A stretch of 64,000 nucleotides of DNA from Anaerolineales bacterium (GCA_020061105.1 JAGUYW010000031.1:931-64930); one strand, 5' to 3'; shown: positions 43,672 to 54,080, counted from the stretch's first letter. Program-made: numbers and translations. Notes: generated from the sequence alone by a model not told the origin.

Positions 43672-45054
43672 TCAGAGTTGACCGGTTTCGCCCCAGTTTT
43701 CAAGCATAATCTGGTAGTTTGGATCCTGGTAGCGTTCCAGGGAAAACGACTGTGCATAGGTTGGCAGCGGCGCGGCGCAGATGGTAGCGGCGAGTAAATC
43801 GCCAGCCGCCGCAGCAGCCATCAGACCGAAGCCAGACAATGCACCGATGAGATAAGCGCCCTCGATGGGGGTTGGGCCGATCAGCGGGCGGTTTTCGCGC
43901 GTGCGGGTGTAATAGCCGCCGTCGATGGTGGGGCGGGGGAATTTTCCCAGGTAGGCCTGCAGGCCGGGGATGATGGTCGACAGGCCGCGCAGGATGATTT
44001 CGGCGCTCTGCGGGTCGGGCGAGATGGGCCAGGACGGTTGCACTGCGGGGGTGTGATAATCCCACAGGAGCAGGATTGCCTGGCTATCTGGAGGCCCATC
44101 TGGGCGGGTGTGGGCCCCAGCGGGGAATTGCCTGAGCAGCCAGCGCGTTTCCTCATCTTCTTCGAGCAACTGCCGTTCGGCTGTGCTCCAGGACAAGGAG
44201 TGCGGGTTGTGATGGATGACCAGCGGCGCGGAGCGATCCAAAACGCCCAGGGTATCGAGAAAATTGACCTTGAGATGCAGTTCGTGAAATACGGGCAGGG
44301 GTAAGTTGATCAATTGGGATATTTGCTCGATCAAAGGGCCAGCCGCATTGACAAAACAGCGGGTGTGGATCGACTGGCCTCCAGCAAGCCGGACAGCCTG
44401 GAGACGTTGGCTTTGGACGTCGATTCCCGTTACCTTGTCATTGATGAAGCGCACGCCGTGGGCGCGGGCTTGATCAAACAAAACCATACCGAACTGTTGG
44501 GCGCTAAACCAGCCGGCGCGACGGACATGCAGGGCTGCGCAGACTTTATCGGAGAGGAATGGAAAGTGAGTGCTGATGAGAGAACGGTCTAGTAGAAAAT
44601 CCGCGCCGTCTGGCTGGTTTTGAAAGCCCTCGGCAGGGGCAGGTTGGTAGGCGGCGCGATCTAGGCTGCCATCATGGATACGTAGAGGCATGGCGCCCAG
44701 GTTGGCGATGATTTGGGATTCGGTCAACAGGGAAGGGATCAACGAAGGATCGCTCAAGCAATATAGATATCCACGTCTGTTCAAATGGAAGACATTTCCA
44801 CTAAGATCAGCCAATTTCTCCAGCCAATCGATGCTATGATTCATCAGTTGCAGCATGGCATCGTCGGGGCCAGGCCACCAGTTGCGGTAGCATTCACTGG
44901 ATTTGTCGCTCGTCAGGCTGAGCGGCGTGGCCTGATCCACCAGGATGATACCCTTGAGGCCGTATTCCACGCTCAAGAAATAAGCCACGCTGACGCCGGC
45001 GATCCCAGCGCCACAGATGACGACCTCGGCAGTTTGCCGGTGCGAGGCGCTCAT
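43672..45054 (-). CDS. FAD-dependent oxidoreductase (DAO/glycine-sarcosine oxidase-like)
   Basis: The N-terminal dinucleotide-binding motif is VVICGAGIAGVSVAYFL..VDQ. 460 aa. The C-terminal G(A)LSGFGLM motif is typical of the DAO family. Confidence 0.75.
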   Translation of the reverse strand: MSASHRQTAEVVICGAGIAGVSVAYFLSVEYGLKGIILVDQATPLSLTSDKSSECYRNWWPGPDDAMLQLMNHSIDWLEKLADLSGNVFHLNRRGYLYCLSDPSLIPSLLTESQIIANLGAMPLRIHDGSLDRAAYQPAPAEGFQNQPDGADFLLDRSLISTHFPFLSDKVCAALHVRRAGWFSAQQFGMVLFDQARAHGVRFINDKVTGIDVQSQRLQAVRLAGGQSIHTRCFVNAAGPLIEQISQLINLPLPVFHELHLKVNFLDTLGVLDRSAPLVIHHNPHSLSWSTAERQLLEEDEETRWLLRQFPAGAHTRPDGPPDSQAILLLWDYHTPAVQPSWPISPDPQSAEIILRGLSTIIPGLQAYLGKFPRPTIDGGYYTRTRENRPLIGPTPIEGAYLIGALSGFGLMAAAAAGDLLAATICAAPLPTYAQSFSLERYQDPNYQIMLENWGETGQL

Positions 45055-45779
45055 ACCCTGGCGCTGACCTCCACGTATATGCGCTTATTGATCTTGCCCT
45101 TGCTTTTGTAATCGACCACCCGTATGGCGCCGACTTCGCTGGTGTTGTTGACATGCGTGCCGCCATCGGCCTGCAGGTCGAGACCGACGATTTCGACCAC
45201 GCGCACTTCCGAGATGCCCGGCGGGAGCAGGTTGATTTTGGTGCGGATCAGATCGGGAATCTCAAAGGCGGTTTGGCGGGGCAAGATTTGCACGCGCACC
45301 GGGCGAGCAGCCGCGATCTCCTGGTTGGAGGCCTGTTCGATCTTTTCGACCAGGTCTTTGTGCATGGTTTCGAACTCGAAATCCATGCGCCCTGCCAGGG
45401 GGTCCATGTCGCCGCCGGTTACTGAAGCGCCATAATCGCGAAAGATCACCCCGCACAGGACGTGCATGGCAGTGTGCGTGCGCATGAGCTGGTAGCGACG
45501 CGGCCAGTCGATTTGGGCCTGGATGGCGGCGCCCACTGGCGGTAAAGGCGCAGCCGCGTCGATAAAATGGAGCACCTGGTCGCCAGCCTTCTTGCATTTG
45601 ACGACCGGGAAAACGGCTGCGCCGCTTGCCAGGCTGCCATAATCACAAGGCTGCCCGCCGCCGCCGGGGTAAAAGGCGCTGCGGTCGAGTAGGACGGCGT
45701 GTTGTTCTTCATCCATAGCAGTGACGCTGGCGGTGAAGGATTGTAAATAACTGTCGGTTTGATAAAGTAGTTGTGTCAT
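45051..45779 (-). CDS. AlaX-like alanyl-tRNA editing protein
   Basis: MTQLLYQTDSYL...LDRSAFYPGGGGQPCDYG, the zinc motifs HTAMH and GGTHV, and the second additional domain pattern are present. ATG 45779 is preferred over the track start 45920. Confidence 0.8.
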   Translation of the reverse strand: MTQLLYQTDSYLQSFTASVTAMDEEQHAVLLDRSAFYPGGGGQPCDYGSLASGAAVFPVVKCKKAGDQVLHFIDAAAPLPPVGAAIQAQIDWPRRYQLMRTHTAMHVLCGVIFRDYGASVTGGDMDPLAGRMDFEFETMHKDLVEKIEQASNQEIAAARPVRVQILPRQTAFEIPDLIRTKINLLPPGISEVRVVEIVGLDLQADGGTHVNNTSEVGAIRVVDYKSKGKINKRIYVEVSARV

Positions 45780-45807
45780 AAATGACCTTTTGATGTACAA
45801 TGAAAAA

Positions 45808-47079
45808 ATGAGCGAACATAAACCTGTTGTTGTCGTAGTTGGAGCGGGATTTGGCGGCTTGCGGGCAGTGCGAGCCTTAAGCAAGCTTCCTGTAGAGACT
45901 ATTTTACTCGATCGGCGCAATTATCACCTGTTTCAACCATTATTGTACCAGTTAGCCACGGCTGGTTTATCGCCCGGCGAGATTGCTCATCCGGTGCGCG
46001 GCATCTTGCGCAAGAACAAGAACCTGACCTTTCGCCTGGCGGAAGTGCAACAGGTTGACCTGAAGGCCAAACAACTGTCAACCAGCACAGGCGTGATTGA
46101 TTATAATTACCTGATCCTGGCGGTGGGCGGCGAGACCAACTTTTTTGGGCTGGATTCGATCGCTCGGAACGGCCTGGGATTGAAAGATCTGGATGACGCC
46201 CTGGCGATTCGCAACCAGCTGCTGAATTGCTTCGAACTGGCGATGCAAGAGCCAGATCCGGAAAAACGTAGAGCGTTGCTGACATTTGTGATTGTGGGCG
46301 GAGGTCCGACCGGGGTGGAGAGCGCCGGAGCGATTTCCGAATTGATCCGCCTGGTGCTGGTGAAAGATTATCTGAATCTAAATATCAAAGATGTGCGAGT
46401 AATTTTACTCGAAGCGACTGATAAACTGTTGACCGGTTTCCCGGCAGCTTTGCAAGAGGCGGCCGCTAAACGCCTGTGGCAAAAATATGTCGAGGTGCGC
46501 TTTGGGGCGACGGTCACGCATTTCGATGAACGTCAGGTGATTCTGAAGAGCGGCGAGGTAATCCCGGCGCATACCCTGATCTGGTCGGCGGGGGTGCGGG
46601 CGGCGGGTCTGATTGACAAACTAGAGGTGCAGCAAGCCCGCCAGGGGCGAGCGGTGGTAGCGCCAACGTTGCAATTGCCGGAATATCCTAATGTCTTCGT
46701 GATTGGCGACGCAGCCTATTTGGAGGCGGACGGCGAAGCGATGCCAATGATGGCGCCAGTCGCCATTCAGATGGCGGAAACGGCTGTGAAGAACATCCAG
46801 CGCGATCTGCAAGGACAGGCGCCAGAGGCGTTTGTTTACAAAGACCCCGGTTCGATGGCAACGATTGGGCGCAACGCGGCGGTGGCTCGGATTGGGAACT
46901 TGCAGTTCGAAGGCTTTTTAGCCTGGGCAGCCTGGTTGGTGGTGCACATCATCCAATTAATCGGTTTTCGCAACCGCTTATTCGTCCTGATTAACTGGAT
47001 TTGGGATTATGTATTTTATGAAAGAGCTGTGCGTTTGATTACACCCTATGCAAATCGCAGCCGGTCACAGGAACCTTAG
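45808..47079 (+). CDS. ndh: Type II NADH dehydrogenase (NDH-2)
   Basis: Two dinucleotide motifs are present (VVVVGAGFGGLRAV and FVIVGGGPTGVE), plus GDAA and a C-terminal amphipathic or hydrophobic tail. The start is ambiguous (45793 or 45808). Confidence 0.85.
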   Translation: MSEHKPVVVVVGAGFGGLRAVRALSKLPVETILLDRRNYHLFQPLLYQLATAGLSPGEIAHPVRGILRKNKNLTFRLAEVQQVDLKAKQLSTSTGVIDYNYLILAVGGETNFFGLDSIARNGLGLKDLDDALAIRNQLLNCFELAMQEPDPEKRRALLTFVIVGGGPTGVESAGAISELIRLVLVKDYLNLNIKDVRVILLEATDKLLTGFPAALQEAAAKRLWQKYVEVRFGATVTHFDERQVILKSGEVIPAHTLIWSAGVRAAGLIDKLEVQQARQGRAVVAPTLQLPEYPNVFVIGDAAYLEADGEAMPMMAPVAIQMAETAVKNIQRDLQGQAPEAFVYKDPGSMATIGRNAAVARIGNLQFEGFLAWAAWLVVHIIQLIGFRNRLFVLINWIWDYVFYERAVRLITPYANRSRSQEP

Positions 47080-48063
47080 ATGAAAGAAATCCAAAATTTT
47101 ACCGTGCAGGTTATCGAAAATGTCGAGCAGGTGATCGTGGGGAAACGCCAAACAATCGAATTGCTGATGGTTGCCTTGTTGTGTGAAGGACATGTTTTGT
47201 TGGAGGATGTGCCCGGAACAGGTAAGACCATGCTGGCGCGTTCGCTGGCGATCAGCCTGGGAGGCGAATTCAAGCGTCTGCAATGTACGCCAGACCTGCT
47301 GCCGAACGATGTGACGGGCGTTTCGGTCTTCAACCAGCAGTCGGGGGAGTTCGAGTTTCGACCTGGGCCGGTCTTTGTCAATATTCTCCTGGCTGACGAG
47401 ATCAACCGCGCCACGCCGCGTACACAATCGGCTTTGTTGGAGGCGATGCAGGAGCAGCAGGTGACGGTGGATGGGGTCACGCGAGCGTTGCCGCGTCCCT
47501 TTATGGTGCTGGCTACTCAAAACCCGATCGAATACGAGGGTACTTTTCCGCTGCCGGAGGCGCAATTAGACCGCTTCTTGCTGCGGCTGCCGGTAGGGTA
47601 CCCAAGCCCGGCAGATGAACGGCGCATCCTGGTCAATTTGCAGCGCCAGCACCCGATCAATTTATTGAAGGCGGTCGATCTTGGGCCTCGAAACGGCGAT
47701 GGACTGGTGGAACTGCTGCGGTTGCAGCAGATGATTTGGGAAGTGCACATTGATGAGTCGTTGCAGGATTATATGGTGCGATTGGTCAACGCCACCCGCC
47801 AGCATCCCGACCTGGCTTTGGGGGGCAGCCCTCGCGCCTGCCTGGCTTTGTTCAAATCATCGCAGGCATTGGCAGCCTTGCGTGGTCGCGACCATGTGAT
47901 CCCAGACGATATTAAGCTCTTAGCGCCCTATGTGTTGATACACCGGCTGATTGTGCGTCCCGAGTCCGAATTGCGCGGCCGTACGGCGGAACGAATTTTA
48001 CGAGAGTTGTTGGACAGCACCCTGATCGACCTGGAAAACCCGGAAAGAAAGTCCGGTGGGTGA
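47080..48063 (+). CDS. MoxR-family AAA+ ATPase (second copy)
   Basis: GHVLLEDVPGTGKT, LLADEINRA and [22 protein letters not shown] are present. The N-terminus parallels the 15382 copy. The ATG immediately follows the ndh stop. Confidence 0.9.
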   Translation: MKEIQNFTVQVIENVEQVIVGKRQTIELLMVALLCEGHVLLEDVPGTGKTMLARSLAISLGGEFKRLQCTPDLLPNDVTGVSVFNQQSGEFEFRPGPVFVNILLADEINRATPRTQSALLEAMQEQQVTVDGVTRALPRPFMVLATQNPIEYEGTFPLPEAQLDRFLLRLPVGYPSPADERRILVNLQRQHPINLLKAVDLGPRNGDGLVELLRLQQMIWEVHIDESLQDYMVRLVNATRQHPDLALGGSPRACLALFKSSQALAALRGRDHVIPDDIKLLAPYVLIHRLIVRPESELRGRTAERILRELLDSTLIDLENPERKSGG

Positions 48064-49243
48064 GCTTTTTGTTGTCTTTTTATTTGGATTGTTTGTGGTA
48101 GCCATCCTGGTGGGTGAGGATTTCATTCTCACCCTGTTGTATCTATTGCTGGGGGCGTTCATTGTAGGAAAGTGGTGGGGAGGGCGAGCTTTGCGGGGGG
48201 TGCAGGTGGAGCGTGATTTTACTCGCCATGCTTTTCTGGGTGAAAGTATGCCGGTCTCGCTAAAGGTTCGAAACAAAAGCTGGTTGCCCCTGGCCTGGCT
48301 GCATGTGCGCGAAAGCCTGCCTGCGGAAGTGTATTCATCCGGTCCATTTCAACAGGTGACGACCCTGGGGCCGCAAGCAAGCATGGAATTATCATACCGC
48401 CTGGAATGCCGCAAGCGCGGTTTCTACCCTCTAGGCCCGCTTGACCTTAAATCGGGTGATGTATTTGGGATGTCTTCGGCCCCGCGTATGCGGCTGGAGC
48501 CGGATTATCTGGCGGTTTTCCCGAAAATTATCCCCTTGACAAGGGTCAAACTGCCATCGCAGGCGCCGTTGGGTTCGCTGCGTTCGCACCAGCCGCTGTT
48601 TGAAGATCCAAGCCGCACACGCGGCAAGCGCGAATACGTGGTGGGCGATTCCCTCCGGCGGGTGGATTGGAAGGCCTCGGCAACGGTAGGGCGTTTGCAG
48701 GTGAAGTTATTCGAACCCTCGATTGCTCTGGAGACAGCTATCTTTCTCAATCTGAATGCAGCAGAATATACGGTATTCACACGGTTCGATGTTCCCGAAC
48801 TGGCAATTGTCGTGGCGGCCTCCTTGGCGAATTGGGTGATCAACGCCCGGCAGTCGGTTGGGTTGGCGAGCAATGGCGTTGATCCCTTGCAGGGTGGCGA
48901 GGCGATGGCGTTGATCCCAGCGCGGCGCGGGCGTGGTCATTTGATGCGCCTGATGGAGAGCCTGGCGCGAGTGCAGACAGCTGAGAGCTTCCCGTTTGTC
49001 GATTTATTACGCCAGCACAGCGCATTACTGTCATGGGGCACGACTCTGATTGCGATTACCAACCATATCGATGACGATTTATTCGACGCTTTGTTCCAGG
49101 CGCGCCGGGCCGGTTTGAGTGTCTTTTTGATCGTGTGTGGGCAAGTGAGCAATTTCGAACATTCACGCAAAAAGGCGGCTTATTTCGGTATCCCGGCGCT
49201 GCAAATCTTGAACGAAAAAGATCTGGATATTTGGAGACAGTAA
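48056..49243 (+). CDS. DUF58 domain protein (second copy)
   Basis: N-terminal TM helices and the DUF58 signature KREYVVGDSLRRVDWKASATVGRLQVKLFE. It overlaps moxR by 8 nt. Confidence 0.85.
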   Translation: MGELFVVFLFGLFVVAILVGEDFILTLLYLLLGAFIVGKWWGGRALRGVQVERDFTRHAFLGESMPVSLKVRNKSWLPLAWLHVRESLPAEVYSSGPFQQVTTLGPQASMELSYRLECRKRGFYPLGPLDLKSGDVFGMSSAPRMRLEPDYLAVFPKIIPLTRVKLPSQAPLGSLRSHQPLFEDPSRTRGKREYVVGDSLRRVDWKASATVGRLQVKLFEPSIALETAIFLNLNAAEYTVFTRFDVPELAIVVAASLANWVINARQSVGLASNGVDPLQGGEAMALIPARRGRGHLMRLMESLARVQTAESFPFVDLLRQHSALLSWGTTLIAITNHIDDDLFDALFQARRAGLSVFLIVCGQVSNFEHSRKKAAYFGIPALQILNEKDLDIWRQ

Positions 49244-49245
49244 CA

Positions 49246-50880
49246 ATGCGTCTGGCAGAAGATCGCAAGCAATTATTTGCGCTGGGAGCGAATTTCCTCC
49301 TGGTCAGCTTGATGTTGACTTGCCTGTCGGTTACTTTTGTGCAGCTTGGCGAGGCCATCTTTACGGGCTGGCAAGGCGAATACCTGATCGTATTGAGCTT
49401 CTTTGTTGCTTTGGAAGCCATGTACAGCGCCCGGCGAGTCTCGGAATGGAATTTTCCAGATACCGGATTGCTGGTTTATCGAGCGACCGAGTGGGTTTTA
49501 ATCCTGGCCTTTTTGAAGATTTCTAGTTATTTTTCGACGGGTCTTTGGCAATTGACCCGCGATTTGCCGCTCTGGCAGGAGAACTTTGGGCGAAACTTTT
49601 TAAGCGGCGAGTTTATTTTTGGGGCGATCGTATTGCTAGCGGTTTGGATGTTTGCAGGACGATATTCGTTGGATTTATTGCCCCTGGAGGTGAATGAACG
49701 AGTGCTGCGCATCGAGTGGGAAAGCGGGGTCTTCGAGAATCGCCCGGCTGCCCGGCAACGCCTGGCGAACCAGACATTGTGGGTTGGGATTTTGATGATC
49801 TTTCTTGCGGCTGCCTTGCGTTACGAACGGGCGCCCTTGTGGTTCGAATTACCCACTTTGCGCTTTGGCGTCTATAACCTGATGGTGTATTTTTTCTTGG
49901 GATTGGTCTTTTTGAGCCTGACTCAGTATAGCTTGATGCGCGCCTTATGGCTGATGGACAAAATGCCGGTCAATACGCAGGTAGCCAACCGCTGGCTGGT
50001 TTACAGTGCGGTGTTGATCGGGGTGCTCGCACTGGTTTCTAGTGTTCTGCCAACCAGTTACTCATTGGGTTTTCTGGCAATGCTGAATTATTTGCTGTAC
50101 ATCATAACCGCCGTAACAGGATTCCTGGCCAGCGCCTTGATGTTCCCTATTTTTCTGCTGATCAATTTGATTATGAGTTTGTTTCCAGTACAGGATGCGG
50201 AAAGGCTGCCGGTTGAACCTCCCCAACCACCGCCCCTGCCACCGCCGGCAGCCGAGGAAGCGATAACCGTGCCGTGGGTGGAATTATTGCAATCGATCGC
50301 CTTCTGGGTTGTTTTCCTGGCGGTGATTGGTTTTGCGCTGTATTTTTATTTGCATGACAATGAATGGGCCTTGCGCGCCGTGCGCAGGGTGCGGTTGTTT
50401 GCGATCCTGGCGAATTTCTGGAACAGCCTACGGCAGCGCGCTGCCCAGGCCAACCGGGAACTGGCTGCGGCTGTGGAGGATAGCTGGCGGCGATTGCGCG
50501 CCCGGATTGCCAGATCGAGAGATCGCCAGAACTGGCAGTGGGTCAGCTTGCGAAAACTCTCTCCGCGCCAGCAAGTGATTTTCTATTACCTGGCGTTGTT
50601 GAGGCGCGGCGGCGAGCATGGCGTGGCGCGCCAACCATCGCAAACGCCCTATGAGTATGCTCGTACATTGGCGCAAGCGCTGCAGAATGCTTCTGACGGC
50701 GCGGCGGCGGCAAAGGCGCCAGAGTTTGAACAGGATATTTCAACACTGACCGATGAATTTTTGGAGGCGCGCTACAGCCAACACGAGATCCAGCAACAAG
50801 ACGCTGTCATGGCGCGCAACTTGTGGCAGCGGATTGGCAAATTCTTGCGTCGTGTGTGGAGAAGGAGTGAAAGCCGATGA
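49246..50880 (+). CDS. Polytopic membrane protein with C-terminal DUF4129-like domain
   Basis: About 10 TM helices, a Pro-rich linker (EPPQPPPLPPP) and a C-terminal cytoplasmic segment with the QTPYEYARTL motif typical of DUF4129. ATG 49246 is preferred over the track start 49135. Confidence 0.6.
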   Translation: MRLAEDRKQLFALGANFLLVSLMLTCLSVTFVQLGEAIFTGWQGEYLIVLSFFVALEAMYSARRVSEWNFPDTGLLVYRATEWVLILAFLKISSYFSTGLWQLTRDLPLWQENFGRNFLSGEFIFGAIVLLAVWMFAGRYSLDLLPLEVNERVLRIEWESGVFENRPAARQRLANQTLWVGILMIFLAAALRYERAPLWFELPTLRFGVYNLMVYFFLGLVFLSLTQYSLMRALWLMDKMPVNTQVANRWLVYSAVLIGVLALVSSVLPTSYSLGFLAMLNYLLYIITAVTGFLASALMFPIFLLINLIMSLFPVQDAERLPVEPPQPPPLPPPAAEEAITVPWVELLQSIAFWVVFLAVIGFALYFYLHDNEWALRAVRRVRLFAILANFWNSLRQRAAQANRELAAAVEDSWRRLRARIARSRDRQNWQWVSLRKLSPRQQVIFYYLALLRRGGEHGVARQPSQTPYEYARTLAQALQNASDGAAAAKAPEFEQDISTLTDEFLEARYSQHEIQQQDAVMARNLWQRIGKFLRRVWRRSESR

Positions 50881-51902
50881 ACGAACTGGTGTATTTTTAC
50901 CCGCAAGGACACGCCGCCCATTATGCAGAGGGACATCCGGAGCGCCCCGAGCGGGTGGAGGCAATTTGCAAAGGATTGAGCGCTGCGGGGTGGTGGGACG
51001 AGTATGAGAAATTGGAAGCGCTGCCGCTTTCAATAAACGCTTTGGAAAAGCTGCATGCGCCGGCTTACCTGGATGTTTTGCAAACCGCCTGCCGTCGGGG
51101 GGCCTGGCTGGATGCGGATACCTACACCACTCCCGATTCCTGGCAACTGGCATTAAACGCGGCTGGCGGCGCAGCAGCGGCAGCCCTGGCGGTGTGGTCG
51201 GGCGCCAGCCAGCATGCCTTAGCGCTGACGCGCCCACCCGGACACCACGCCACTCGCCAGCGTGGGATGGGTTTTTGCTTGCTGAATAATGTCGCCATTG
51301 CTGCCCAGGCAATTTTGGATGCTGAAATTCCCGCCCGGCGGACGGCGATTATTGACCTGGATTTGCACCATGGCAACGGAACGCAAGATATCTTCTGGCA
51401 GCGCGAGGATGTGCTTTATATTTCGACGCACCAATCGCCATATTACCCGGGGACGGGAAATTTTGATGAGATTGGGGCTGGCGAAGGACAGGGCTATACG
51501 GCGAACTTCCCGCTGCCGCCTGGCACTGGCGATGTCGGCTTTATGACTTTTATGGAAGAACTGATTTTGCCATTGCTGGATCGCTGCCAGCCGCAAATCT
51601 TGCTGGTCAGCCTGGGTTTTGACCCGCACTGGCGCGACCCACTCGGTCACCTGGCTTTGTCGGCAGCCGGTTTGGGCGGCCTGGTTGCCAGTTTACGGAA
51701 GTGGGCGCAGGCGAATTGTGATGGGAAGATGGCGGTATTTTTGGAAGGCGGCTACGACCTGGAGGCTGCCGCAGCTTGTATGCAGGCCTGTGTGGCAGCT
51801 TTGATCGATGTTCCCTGGCAGGATACACTGGGGCCATCGCCGCGCCCGGAGGGAAATTCCTGGCGCAGCGTTTTGCGAGCGGCGCATGCGATTTGGGGAT
51901 GA
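50877..51902 (+). CDS. Histone deacetylase-family (AcuC/Hda-like) zinc amidohydrolase
   Basis: RPPGHHA, IIDLDLHHGNGTQDIF, SLGFD and EGGY motifs are present. The start overlaps the upstream stop (ATGA). Confidence 0.88.
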   Translation: MNELVYFYPQGHAAHYAEGHPERPERVEAICKGLSAAGWWDEYEKLEALPLSINALEKLHAPAYLDVLQTACRRGAWLDADTYTTPDSWQLALNAAGGAAAAALAVWSGASQHALALTRPPGHHATRQRGMGFCLLNNVAIAAQAILDAEIPARRTAIIDLDLHHGNGTQDIFWQREDVLYISTHQSPYYPGTGNFDEIGAGEGQGYTANFPLPPGTGDVGFMTFMEELILPLLDRCQPQILLVSLGFDPHWRDPLGHLALSAAGLGGLVASLRKWAQANCDGKMAVFLEGGYDLEAAAACMQACVAALIDVPWQDTLGPSPRPEGNSWRSVLRAAHAIWG

Positions 51903-52070
51903 ACGGTGCTGTTGAGATTGCAGGTCTGAATGTGCGGTAAGGGATGAGAAAACCATAATATCTCAAAAGATTTTCCCCGAGCAGGCGGTTTTAAGGTAAG
52001 ATTGTAAGCATAAAAAATATTCTATCCCAAAAGCGGATGGAAGTCCCAAAAAAGGAGCCAGAAAAATAAA

Positions 52071-54080
52071 ATGAGCGACCAGATGGCAGTATTCGTGGAC
52101 TTTGAAAATGTCGCCCTTTGGGCAGAGCGAGAATTTTTCGATTTTGAAGTGACGCGCTTGATGGAGTATTTGCAAACCAGGGGGCCAGCAGTGGTGAAAC
52201 GGGCGTACGCCGATTGGTCGCGTTTCGCGCGCTATCGCGACGAGATGATGAATAATTCGATGGATTTAATCCAAATCTATAGCGTGCGCTCGGGGAAAAA
52301 CCGGGCGGATATTCGTATGGCCATCGACGCGTTCGAAGTGGCGATGACGCGCCCGCAAATTCGTACCTATGTGATTGTTTCGGGCGACAGTGATTTCAGC
52401 CCTTTGGTTGCCAAGCTGCGGGAATATGGGCGCTATATTATTGGAATTGGGCCGCGCAGCATTACGCACAACTTGCTGGTGCGTTCGTGTGACGAGTTTA
52501 TTTATCTGGAGACTGCCCTGGGGGAACCGGCGGAGGTGGATGATCAATCCTGCATTGAGATAGAAGAGGCGCGTAGTTTGCTGGTGAAAGCCTTACAAGC
52601 GCACGGGCAGCGCGGCGAACTGCCGATCCTGGCGACGCGTTTGAAGCAAACCATGCTGCTGATGGACCCGGCTTTCAACGAGGCGAATTTTGGGTATTCC
52701 CAGTTTAAAACCTGGTTGGATGATAACCGCGATCTGGTGAAGCTGTATGTCAAAGATTTGCAGTTATTTGCCGCCTCGGCGGATTATTCCGCCTCGCCGG
52801 AGATGGAAATTTTGCCACAAGAACCCCAACGACGCCCCGAACCATCCCTGGCAATGCCGAAAACTTCGCTGATCGAACTATATCCAACGCCGCGCCTGAC
52901 TCTGGACGCTCAATACAAGCAGCTTTTTGGGCGCTTGAAGATGTTCTCGGTTGACCTTGCAAACCGGCGCGATATTTTGCGAGATATCTACCGTGAAGTG
53001 CGCGAAAATCCCAGCGATTTTACATTAGAAACGTTGTTGGACGAATTATATGAGCGCTATGAAGCGCAAGGCTTGATCCGCAATCGCATCACCCTGCGAG
53101 AGATTTTTCAATTGGCTTTTCGACAGCAAGCCTTCAGTTTTGATGGTCAGCAAGCGGCTTTTCATGCTCCGATCCAACTGGCTGCAGGGATCGAGTCGGA
53201 AGCCGATTTTATCGACCGGGCGGAGGCAGATTTCTTACACGCAGTGATCCGAGCGGGGCTGGAGATTGATCAAAGCGAACTGGCTTATTTGCTTTACAAT
53301 GATCGCGGTCAGGGAGACCATATCCAGCATTTGCTGGATGATATGGAACGGCGCGGATTGATCATGCAGCAGGGGCAGCGTTATGTGTTGGCAGGACGTG
53401 GGATGACGCCTTTCGAAAACGAACCGGCTTTGCGAGTGTTGTGCGACGACATTTCCAGCGTCCAGCTTCCCGATAACTTGGTGTATGACGCCGAATCTGC
53501 CCGGATGTTGGCGAAAAGGGCCATGCTGCAGCGCTCGCAGGATTTTGCTGCTTCAAGCAACACCTATTTGTTGGCCTGCCGGGTGCAGTGGGAAGCGGTC
53601 GAGAATGGCGAACCCGGGGCAACGATGGAGGATTTGACCTGGTATATGGCATCCTATGCATCGGCGATCGCCGGTAAGCTTTCGCAGGTCAATCGTGACT
53701 ATGCCTCGGCGCGTCCGTACTACCTGGCATTCTTTGCCCTGGTGCAAGAAGACGATCCGCTGTGGAGCCGGATGCGTGGCTTGATCAACCCGATGTTGGC
53801 GTATTTTTGGTCAAATGCCGGGCGCGAACTGGATATCAACGTCAGCACCTGGAATTTGAGCATGGCTTCTCCGGCGCAAATTGCCGTCTACGCCGCCACC
53901 CATGCCAACCCGGACTTGCGCCGATTATGGGTGCATATTACGGCTGAACTGGCGACGGTCAACCCGGGTTTGCTGAGGCGCATTGCCAACCAACTGAATT
54001 TGAGCCGCGCTGAGCAGCCTGAGAATGGCCGGGTAGCTGATCAACTGGAAGAAATTCTTGAACAAACCCAATTGGCATAA
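52071..54080 (+). CDS. NYN (LabA/DUF88-like PIN-fold) domain protein with OST-HTH/LOTUS domain and ~430-aa uncharacterised C-terminal region
   Basis: The NYN segment is AVFVDFENV...YADWSRF...GKNRADIRMAIDA...IVSGDSDFSPLVAKLREYGRYIIGIG. The LOTUS-like segment is ARSLLVKALQAHGQRGELPILATRLKQTM...FGYSQFKTWL. The rest carries no recognisable motifs. Confidence 0.7.
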   Translation: MSDQMAVFVDFENVALWAEREFFDFEVTRLMEYLQTRGPAVVKRAYADWSRFARYRDEMMNNSMDLIQIYSVRSGKNRADIRMAIDAFEVAMTRPQIRTYVIVSGDSDFSPLVAKLREYGRYIIGIGPRSITHNLLVRSCDEFIYLETALGEPAEVDDQSCIEIEEARSLLVKALQAHGQRGELPILATRLKQTMLLMDPAFNEANFGYSQFKTWLDDNRDLVKLYVKDLQLFAASADYSASPEMEILPQEPQRRPEPSLAMPKTSLIELYPTPRLTLDAQYKQLFGRLKMFSVDLANRRDILRDIYREVRENPSDFTLETLLDELYERYEAQGLIRNRITLREIFQLAFRQQAFSFDGQQAAFHAPIQLAAGIESEADFIDRAEADFLHAVIRAGLEIDQSELAYLLYNDRGQGDHIQHLLDDMERRGLIMQQGQRYVLAGRGMTPFENEPALRVLCDDISSVQLPDNLVYDAESARMLAKRAMLQRSQDFAASSNTYLLACRVQWEAVENGEPGATMEDLTWYMASYASAIAGKLSQVNRDYASARPYYLAFFALVQEDDPLWSRMRGLINPMLAYFWSNAGRELDINVSTWNLSMASPAQIAVYAATHANPDLRRLWVHITAELATVNPGLLRRIANQLNLSRAEQPENGRVADQLEEILEQTQLA

